Shown: positions 1 to 9,941 of the stretch, in pieces
Layout: each line of letters starts with the position of its first letter
Numbering within the stretch: position 1 is the stretch's first letter
DNA from: Paraspadella gotoi
Taxonomy: Eukaryota > Animalia > Chaetognatha
NCBI GenBank assembly: GCA_051294375.1
Contig: CM119263.1
Coordinates: forward strand, 11,757,130-11,821,129
Direction of reading: 5' to 3'
Length of the DNA: 64,000 bases
The notes under the pieces: generated by a model
Databases searched by the model: none
What the model saw: only the letters and a program-made list of their open reading frames with translations
What the model was told of the DNA's origin: nothing
Position numbers and translations under genes: made by a program

Positions 1-239
1 GCATTCGATGTTTGCTTGCCCAATAATCTTTTGAAAATTTTAAAAATTCATGAAATTAAGAATTTATATGTCCATAATTACCAAAAAAAAAAGTACGCCA
101 AGAGTTAATTTAATATTCCTATAAACATAAAAAAAAAATTTAAAACCACAAAAATATTGAAAAATATTTCTGAATCGTCATAAAAAAATTCGAGTCTATC
201 GATTTTTGTTTTTGTATCAATTGCGTCTTTGTTAATCAG

Positions 240-1052
240 AGCCAACAGTATGGGAGAAGGCGGAAAAGCTGTTGGGAACAAAGCAAAAACTGGACCCAGA
301 GACTCGATGTGGCTACGAAAGATTTACACAGAAGCGTAACCGGCCGTGGAACTATTTCATGCCCATCGTGAAACCCAATGGAGGTGCGGCAATCTTCTAC
401 CATATCAGATTTGTTGATTCAGTTGTTATTCTTAACTGCTATAATATATATATATATTAATATTAGGTATTTTTATCATTTAACTTAACGGCTTGTTCAA
501 TACTTTTTGTTCATCTACGATCGTACTCCAGAATCCGTCTTGATCGAGGACAACCTGACCCCGATGACTCGTTGGGTCCTCAGCTACAGTTGGTTACAGC
601 GCGGCTACTACCCTTGCTGCGACCCCAAAAACCCGGCAGGCGAGAGAGTTTCGGAAAATGTTATACAAACTTGAGAATATTCTTGACCCTGCGATTTTCC
701 GACCACGTGACCTCGCGAAGGAAGCGGAAACGCGAAGATCATTCGGCGCGACGGGTTCCTTTATCCAAAGCCGAGAAAAGAAAACGAAGGCGTTTGTCCC
801 AAAGACTGTGAATACTGCGATCGATCCAAGCGATGCGAGGTGGACGAGTCTCTTCTTTTTTAGAAAAAAAAACAAAAAAACAAAATCGGTCACTGCTTTT
901 CCATTTTGACATACCCTTATCGTCAGAAATGTCCTCATCCAGTCCCGTCGGAAAAGTGCCCCAAATCTCAGAAGGACAAATGCAAAGAGATTCAGTACGA
1001 AGGAGACAAGCTCAGGTCGAAGATATACAAGAACACAAACAACGAAGCGTAA
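240..1052 (+). CDS. Cys/Pro-rich unknown protein, tandem paralogue 1 (5'-partial; exon 1 lies before the window). Exons 240-383, 532-639, 721-839, 927-1052
   Basis: Spliced translation EPTVWEKAEKLLG...RCGYERFTQKRNRPWNYFMPIVKPNG/ESVLIEDNLTPMTRWVLSYSWLQRGYYPCCDPKNPA/GSGNAKIIRRDGFLYP...CPKDCEYCDRSKRCE/KCPHPVPSEKCPKSQKDKCKE...NEA*. Intron positions and phases match copies 2 and 3. The donor at 640 is GC. Confidence 0.9.
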
Positions 1053-1285
1053 TTTTTGGAGAAAAAAAGGAAAGAATGGAACGAAGGTGGCACACTGGCA
1101 CAGGTCTCGATCAATTGCTGCAAAGAAGGAATTTTCTAACTTTTTTTTTTTTGACAATAATTATTTTGTTTTTATTGCTGAATATTCATAAAACGCAAGT
1201 AAGGCTTGATTTTCTACGAAAAAAAAAAATGTTACTGTAGAATTTAGCTCGATCTTACATTTATTTCCATCTCACAACATTGAAA

Positions 1286-4080
1286 TTAGAAAAAACTCTC
1301 ATTCGACCTTGATACCGAACCTGCCTCAATACTTAAAGCAGAATCTACTGTCTTTGCCGGGACAGTTTCGACTCTATTTATCACGTCATTTTCGGCTGCC
1401 TTCGATGAAAAGGGGCCGTTTATTGGTGTTGCATTTTCAAATGTCCCTTCCGTCAAAAAATTTTCTTGGCATTCGACTTTGACTTGGACGACCAGGGATT
1501 CCGGCGCCCTTGAAACTGATCCGTCTTTACGGTTTTCTTCTGTCCTTGCGACGGGAGAATACATCCAGGGTTCCGAGGATCTTCTGTCGGGCTGCGGCCT
1601 CGCTGCCAGGGCGTCGAAATGCAGACGACGCGTCTCTGCGGCGTCGCCATTTTTCGTGGTGGCGCTGGATTCGGCGATACACGGACGCGTGGAACCCTCG
1701 ACGGATTGGGAAACTAGGCACTCTTTCTGTTTTTGCGTGGCAGTCGGCTGTTCAAAGTAAAAAAAACTGGTCGATGGCTCACGCTATCACAATATTGTCG
1801 TAAAATGTGCTCAAAAAAAAGAAATTCATCGTAGGATTCTTGAAACCTAGTTACCGGTCTTTTTCGTCCTAAATCCACGCTGAGAAAATTTTCCATTCGA
1901 TCCCAATATTTTTTGTACATTTCGATGTCGTTGTGTCCCGCGTACGAGAGGAACAAAGGCGGAACTAAAATATTTGGCAAAAATAAATAAAATAAAATTA
2001 AAACGTTGCACATTTTTTGTTGCTCAGGTTAAAATCATTCTCTTTGACGACCGACGCCTCAGTCGGCGTATCGATTTTTTTTTTCCGCTGACCTTTGAGG
2101 CGGCAAGACTTGTAAATCACACGGCCATGCTTGACGTGAACCATGTCGTCTTTGTCGCCGTGAATGACCAAAACGGGGGATTCTCAATTTCGGAAGACCA
2201 CACAATAAAGAAGAAAGACAACGAGAAGAATCTTTTAATTTCTATGATCTTTTAATCCGTTTTTGTGATTTAATTCCTACTACCGATTTTGCTGCACTTG
2301 GAGATGTTCATGAAAGCGTCGCAGGAGTTGTCACAGCAGCGTCCGGGTTTGAAGCAGCAAAGGGTCGTCTTGTTCGGACAAATAACCTGGAAAAAATTGT
2401 GCGTTCATTTTCGTTTCGTTAATTCTATTGATTTCACTCTCATCCCTTTCGACTTCATTTCAACTCTTTTCATTTTTCTCCCACCTCTCACTTTCATCTC
2501 ACTTCCCTTCACTCACCCTCATTCCCGACATGAATCCCGAGTGGATGACGACGCCGGCGACCCTGACTTTGGCGGCCAAGTGACAGGTCGGTCCCGACCC
2601 GATGCTTTGCCCGTAGAGGATCGCGTCCTCCGGTTTTACCCCCAAGCGAGTTTGCATCGCTGCGCAAAAGTTAGGCAATCTTAAAATTTAAACCAAAAGA
2701 GTATAACTAAAATTATAAGAAATATATTGAAAAAAACATCGTCTATTTCGACGCCCACTCACCGTGCCAAACGGCTTCGATCGCCCCGTATACGTTGGCC
2801 TCGGTGGCGCGGCCTTTGCTGGCGCCGTATCCCGCGTAGTCGTAGGTCACGACGTTGACGTGGAGACGAAGCCCCAGCCCAACCAGATTCGAAGCGCAGA
2901 AACCGAGATCGGCGCCGTTGGGGTGCGAGTAAAGGACGGTGAAACGTGGATCGTCCACGCAGCGCACGTACATGCACGCCACCTCCTGTTCGTGCGTTGA
3001 TTAAATAACTGATTTAAAAAGCTTTATAACTTTCCCGTGTCGTCAACCTAGGAAATTCGTAAAAAGTAACGAGACCTTATTTATGAGTCACCCAATCACC
3101 CATGCTATCACCTCACCTTTTTTCTCTTGGTGACGACGTGTCCGATCCTTATGTAATCAAGAAATTCCGGGGGAAACTTGAAGGACGTTGACGACTTCAG
3201 GGAGAGGTAATGCTTCATCCCGGATCGATTGTCACTGCATCGACAAGGAGACACGAAATATAGCTATAGCGAAATATAGCGAATAAAATTGGCGGTAATG
3301 CATATTAGCCTCTTTATTGAAATATGAATATGGTAAATAACTAACTCTTTCACTTCGACTTTTGGAGAAGCCCGCACGATGTCGTAAGATGGTTCTGGCG
3401 CCACAAGCGCTAATCGAGTGAACATCACCGAAGTGACGCAGCATACGCCGGGTGGACAGCAAAACAATCCAAAGTATTTGCAGCAGTCCTTTCCCGGAGG
3501 TTGAAATTTAATTTGAACATTTTTAGTTTCAATCAGTCAATGCTTTTAAAGTTTGAGTTTTTCTTCTTTTCAATTATGTCTGCCCATCGCTTTAACATTC
3601 AATACAATCGTAAAAACTAGCAACCAGATTTTAACTGGTTGAGTACAAGTTGGCACGAGTTAGTTAAAACTATAATATGCAAATAAGATTTTTGTCGTCA
3701 TCCAAGCCGCACCATGCATTCCTCGAGCCTGTTCGCCGACGATTCGTAAGAATCATCGTCGGAATCGTCGGTGTGATCAGTCTCGTCGTAAAGCAGCTCG
3801 CTCTTTTCCTCCGCGGCCGGACGACGGGGGTGACCCCATGGACGAGTGTCCTGACCGATCGGGACCTCGTCCTGTCCGCTTTGTGGCTGATTGCTGACGT
3901 CCTGACCCGACAACCGGTTGGACACTAACAGCGGTGGAATTTCTACGAAATCTCCAGGAAGTGGCGGGCAACCTGCACGAAAGATTTTTTACCATGAGAT
4001 TCACTTTTCCCGTCGACGAATCGCTTTCGCATACCTTGGCAAATTTTAATCTCGTTCATCGTTATGTTTCCATTCTTCAT
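1286..4080 (-). CDS. ABHD17: ABHD17-family alpha/beta hydrolase (depalmitoylase-like), ~549 aa. Exons 4080-4035, 3924-3713, 3488-3346, 3234-3117, 2985-2763, 2659-2517, 2386-2284, 2182-2093, 1964-1855, 1747-1286
   Basis: All ten exons join in phase across GT-AG introns. Family motifs present: Cys cluster LFCCPP...LALVAPEPSY, VACMYVRC, LYSHPNGADLG, YDYAGYGAS, nucleophile elbow LYGQSIG, PVLVIHGDKDDMV (Asp) and AGHNDIE (His). Terminal exons 1, 2 and 10 are supported by phase only. Confidence 0.9.
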
Positions 4081-4372
4081 TTTCGACGGAGAAGTTAATC
4101 TTTACCAAAGTTTAGTAAATACCTAAATTTAATAAATTTCGTAGAGTTTTCTCATACGTGTATTTTTTAAAAGATATTTTTAAGAAATTTTTTTAACTGA
4201 AGATTATGGTAGATGATAACAGACACGATTAAATTAATCACTCGTTTAGTTAAAAAGAGCATAGCAGAGAAAATAATGCTAAAAGCAAGGGTTTAAATTA
4301 GATTCTACCCCCTGAAGCTAGCCTTAGGGTCTAGGAATACATTTCTAGAATAAGATTAGGAGATCCATAAGC

Positions 4373-5603
4373 ATGAGCGCGAAGAAACCGGCGATAAAGC
4401 CGGCCTCCAAGGATAAGACATGGTGCCGCTACTGTCCGCCGAGCGATATACCGTCCCACGATTTTCCTGCTCACGCCAAGACCAACACCCCTGGGGTTCC
4501 CTACGGAAAGTTTCCGCCGACCGGAAGGTCCATGGCCTTGCAAAGCGGAGTTGGCGGTGAGTTGTTCGCGCTCCATCTCACTTCCGTATTAAATCCATCG
4601 ATTTATCTGCTTTTTATTTTTATTTTTCATATATTTTTTTTTAAATTAATTCTTTTTTGCCTTTTTTAATATATTTTTTAATCGTATTTTTTTTTTTTTT
4701 TTTTTTTTGCGACAGAGCCCACAGTTTGGGATATAGCAGCGAGGTTGCTAGGAGACAAAGATAAGCTGGACCCCGATACCCGGTGTGGTTACGAACGTTT
4801 CACTCAGAAACGGAACCGCCCGTGGAACTACTTTCTGCCCATCGTGAAGCCCAACGGAGGTCTGTTCTTTTATTTGAAGGTTATTTAGTGTTGGCCAGGT
4901 TAGATCAAAAAAAGATATTTACTTATAGAATGATTGATCCATTCTTTGATTTATTAAACGATTGATCCAGATATTTATTGATTTATTGATATATTTATTT
5001 ATTTATTTATTTATTTATTGAAAAGTACATTCTGCCTTTGATTAAAAACCTTTTTACTACAAAGAATCCGTCCTGATCGAGGACGACCTCACGCCGATGA
5101 CTCGTTGGGTCCTCAATTACAACTGGCTGAATCGAGGCTTCTATCCCTGTTGTGACCCTGACAATCCCGCGGGTAATAACTTTAAAATTGTATAAAATTT
5201 GAAGGAAAAACAGCGTCGTAATCAATCGTTTGTCACGGTTCTGAAACGAAATTTATTCAGGAAGCGGCGGGGCCAAAATCGTTCGTAAGGACGGGTATTT
5301 GTATCCCTTGGACAAACGACAGCCGCCCCCTTGTCCCAAGGATTGCCTTTATTGCGATATGTCGGAGAGATGCAAGGTGCAGATGAAGTTAAACTATCGA
5401 GTTGAACAGTTAAGTACGAAAATTAAAGCAGACCGACGTACAAAGTGTCCTCCCATTTTCTTCAGCATTGTCCCCATCCTTTGCCGCCGGAGAAATGTCC
5501 CAAAGATCCAAAGGACAAATGCAAGGAGAAGAAGTTTCCGGGCGACAAGATGCGGGCGCCGTTGTACAGAGAAAAAAACGATCAAATGTCCAATTGTGCG
5601 TAA
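4373..5603 (+). CDS. Cys/Pro-rich unknown protein, tandem paralogue 2, 229 aa. Exons 4373-4556, 4716-4859, 5065-5172, 5261-5376, 5466-5603
   Basis: ATG to TAA in frame (690 nt), all introns GT-AG. Blocks WCRYCPPSDI, GKFPPTGRSMALQSG, KRNRPWNYF, RGFYPCCDP, RKDGYLYP and KDKCK are conserved with the other copies. Confidence 0.92.
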
Positions 5604-6149
5604 ACTGACTCATACTGCCGTGAATAGACGAGCTTCATACCTAAGTTTCTTTCATTGACAATTCGATGTAAACCTTGAGTGAAAGAGAAAAAGCTAGAAA
5701 ATCGGTATCGCTTAATCAACGTTATTGAATATTAATAACAAAGAACAAGTATAAGCCGGGTGAATCGATTTCTACACCAGACCGAACACTGACCCTTTGT
5801 CTTTAGTCATTTATCGGAATTTTTCAAGAAAAAAAATCGACGGAAAATCGCACTCTATCAACTTCATCAATCGATAAGGTTTAGCGTCCTATAATCGCAC
5901 CTACGCATAAAAACGATTTTTAGAAGAAAAAAAATATATTAAAATTTTTATTAGAGCGAAAACGACAAGTAATTATATAAAGATAGCAACAAGTACAAAA
6001 CATATTAATTATCATAATAGAAATGACGACTAAATTAAAAAATAGAGAATAATAAGAATAAAAACGTAAATATAAACAAAACAAAAAATAATTAAAACTG
6101 GAATCAACGCTCGAAATTTCTAAAAAAACTCGCGTTTCGTTGGGTCACG

Positions 6150-7648
6150 ATGCGTCAGAAGTGGACTCCTTCGACGAGGAAAGGCTGCGGCGAAAATTGG
6201 TGCGCCTTTTGTCCGGCGAGCGACATCGGCCCCCACGCTTTCCCCGCCGATGCCAAGACCAACATCCCCGCTGTCCCGTTTGGGAAGCTGCCGCCGACGG
6301 GACGTTCCATGGCGATGCAGAGCGGAGCGGCAGGTGCGTGAATTCGGCCCAATTTCGATATTTCTGGTAATCAATAATAATAAATTATACGTAAGAGTAA
6401 TTGCTCATATTCGTGTACACGGACCTTTTTGTTTTTATTTATTCTTTTAAAATATGTTTGTATTAATAAAAAAAAAATATAACAGAACCCACTGTGTGGG
6501 AGAAAGCGGAGGCCCTGTTGGCGCAGTCTAAAAAGGAATACGATCCAGCGGAGCGGTGTGGGTACGAGAAATTTCTCAAAAAGAGGAACAGGCCCTGGAA
6601 CTATTTCATTCCCATCTCAAAGCCGATGGGAGGTGAGATTAGTAAACAAGTATTGAAGCATTAACGAGAAATAAGATGAAATGAGGAAAAGAAGAATAAA
6701 AGAACAGAGAAAATATGTTCACTGTTTTTTTTTTTAAACGTCCAGAGGTGCTGGTAATCGAAGATAATTTAAGTCCCCTGACGCGATGGAACGTGAACTA
6801 CACGTGGATGGATCGCGGGTTTTATCCGTGCTGCGACCCTCAAAATCCTGCAGGCAATAACTTTTTGGCTCTTAATTATAAAACAGAGTTTTTTTTTACA
6901 TTTTGTAAAACTGCTATAGCTTATTAATTATTTTGAGATAGGAATAGTTTTTTTTCTTTTACCACAGGGAGCGGTAGTGCCAAAGTCATTCGCAAAGACG
7001 GTTATCTGTATCCTTTGGACCTTCGAAAACCAAACCCCTGCCCGCCCGAATGTCAATATTGTGACGAATCGAGTCGGTGTCAGGTAATTGTAATCAGTAA
7101 ATGATTATAATATAAGTAAAAATAAAAGTGGTGTCTGCTGTCACCAAAGAAAAAAGCAGGAAAAACGCTATTTTAAATCGCGTTTAGTTATTATAAGCTC
7201 CTGGCTATCTTGAAAATTAAAACACGGGAATTTTTTCATGCGTTAGCAATGTGATAAATTTTGGATGTGATTCTCCAGCTTATAAATCCGAGAGAAATTT
7301 AATAAATCAGCTCCGAGTCAAAACAAAAGAACCGAGAAAAACACGGAAGAGGATACAAAAAAGAAAAAGGCTCGCCATAATTTCTCCGTTATTATGACAA
7401 AAACTGAGTTTAAAAAAAAAAAAAAAACATGCGAGGCGAACGACGCCTTACTTCATGTGGTCAATTAGATTGAAAGCTCCCTTCTTCGTTCAAATGAGCC
7501 ATTCCTCTGGTTTTCTAAGATAATCAAATATATAATGGGATTTTCTCATCACCCAAACTCGAGTGGGCGGAATTTCGGAAAAGACTTTTGTTCAACGAAT
7601 GTTCTTCACTCGAGTAGTTCTCTCTCGAATTCCCTGACACGTCTTTAA

Positions 7649-7698
<50 letters not shown>

Positions 7699-7955
7699 TT
7701 TACAATCTCCTATCCCTCTAACTCGAAGTAGATCCATCCCTCCTTTGCCCTCACTCTTTCTTTACTCACTCAACTTCCCCTCCACCTTCTCATACCCTTT
7801 CTCCCTCCCTTCCCAATTTTACCCAGAATTGTTCGCCACGCCCCCCTCCCCGCTCCGTGTGCCCCCGAGATGCCAAGGACAAATGCGCAGCGAAGAAATA
7901 CGGCGGCGACAAACTCCGAGCGCCGCTCTATCGGCAGAGAAACGAAGAGATGTGA
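6150..7955 (+). CDS. Cys/Pro-rich unknown protein, tandem paralogue 3, 227 aa. Exons 6150-6333, 6486-6632, 6746-6853, 6968-7083, 7827-7955
   Basis: ATG to TGA in frame (684 nt). Exon sizes 184/147/108/116/129 versus 184/144/108/116/138 in copy 2. The donor at 6854 is GC. The last intron is enlarged and holds a (CT)n tract. Confidence 0.92.
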
Positions 7956-9895
7956 CGACGACGATTAAGAAGAGAAGAAAACAAAGGATCATCGTTTCGT
8001 CGATCGATTGAACAATTTTTCCCTCGTCTCTACTGTCACCATTTCGTGAGAATAAAGCTCTTGCAATCAATCGCATTTCTTGTTTTGACTTTAAAATTTT
8101 AGGCAGAGAATTAGAAATTTCAAATTCTTGAAGTAAATTAATTCGAATTTTGATTACGACTCACTAAATCAAATGATACAGACGTAAAAACGTGGCAGTT
8201 CTCTCTAAGAAGAAAAAAATCCCTTTTGGACCCTAAATATGTAAATGAGTTTGGGGATCCGCCCGTCTCCGGGTCATCGAGTCATGTTTTTTCTCCATTT
8301 CGATTGATTTATTCTCTGACAAGTCCTTTTTTTCTTGCGGTTGCAAGGTTTCGGCGATAATGTTCGTAAAATTAAAACATTAGGCTTCGCTGCTATTGGA
8401 AATGTAGGTCTTAATTCTATCTGCACTTTCGTTTCTAAGTTTCGAAATATTAGGACGTATCGGTTGACATGAAAATTTTTGTATTTGTTATGAATCCCAT
8501 TACGAATGTGATGACAACCCGGTGAAACCATTAGAGAAGTTTTCCGCAACCTGGATGAGAAAGTGAAACTCCTTCCCGAGTATTTTCGCTTAAGGGCCAC
8601 GCCCATTAAGGGGCTGGCGAAAAATTCGCCCTCGTTGCGTTGGAAACCTTATTTCAACTCTCCTGGATTGAGTTCGCCGAACTTATTTCGAGACGCTATT
8701 TTCGGGCGACGGTCTCCGGGTGACTGTCTTGTGGAACGTTTTTTTTTGGGTGGCAGAACTTGGGTAAAATGCAAGGCAGCTTTGTCACGAAATTGGGATT
8801 TGATTTGCTCTTCTATCGTATGCTTTTTTACAAATGTGCTTATAAAAAATATATAAATTAAATTTTTGAGAGGCATGATTCTGTAGTTTGTTTATTGTAG
8901 AATTGTAATTTAGTCGGTTTTTTAATACCAGAGGATGAGAAAGTCTTTGAAACGCACAGGTCATAAAATAATTTTTAAGAAAATTTAAACTCTGGTGGAA
9001 AAAACCGAATAAAATACAACATTTCACAAAGAAATACATATTTAATGTCTTCGCTTGAAGTGAAACATTCTTTTTCTCAACCTTATGACTAGTCATAAAT
9101 TGAAAACCAAATTTTTTATCGGTTTTTTGCGTTAATTTCTAAAACTTGTCTATTTTTATCCTCATCCAAAATAGTTTAGTGCATCTTTTTCTTTCTAAAT
9201 AACCCCGCCGACTTTTACGCTTGTCGTTCTTAACGCCGTAAACAAGAAAAAAGATGAAGGAAAAAGATTTATTTCGTGCGACACGCTCGCATGTTTTTTT
9301 GTTTTGCTGTTTTTATTGTTGTCGAGCATTTCTTTGGGTATAGGGTTCGAACAACAGGAACGTGATAACATGTAAATTACGCAGTTTATATTTGCTAGGT
9401 TTTAGAAATTTTTGTAAAAAATGAATAAACACTAAAAAAAAAAAGCTAGCCGAACGATATTGAATATCAATAATGAGCAATAAAAAGAATTAATGACAGA
9501 AAAAATATTGAGAATGAAAATAACGTAATTTATCTTTTTTCTTTTCCATTTGTTTTCTTTGCTAAACCTGGAAATTTTCTCAGGTAAGTTATTTTAATTA
9601 ATTAATTATATTCGATTCTTTGCGAAATATCAGCAGTTCAGCGATGTTCTTCAATATATTTTTTTTTCTTCCGAAATATGACGTCGTCGTGAACAAATTC
9701 GTACCGCAGAATTTATTCGATGCGCAGACATTTAGCGCAAGCGCAAAAAAAAAATAAGAAAAGAAAAACCCAAAAAGTCCAAAGGATAAACTGAATAGAG
9801 AAAAACAGGGTCTTAGGTCCCTCAATTCAAAGCCATCAATCTTAGCCAAAATACATCCCACCCCATCCGGGTTTCTCGGCCCTAAAATAGTCTTT

Positions 9896-9941
<46 letters not shown>

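Noticed and set aside
7953-8100. TGA readthrough or selenocysteine in paralogue 3
   Set aside because: The other copies end with TAA at nearly the same position and no SECIS was evident.
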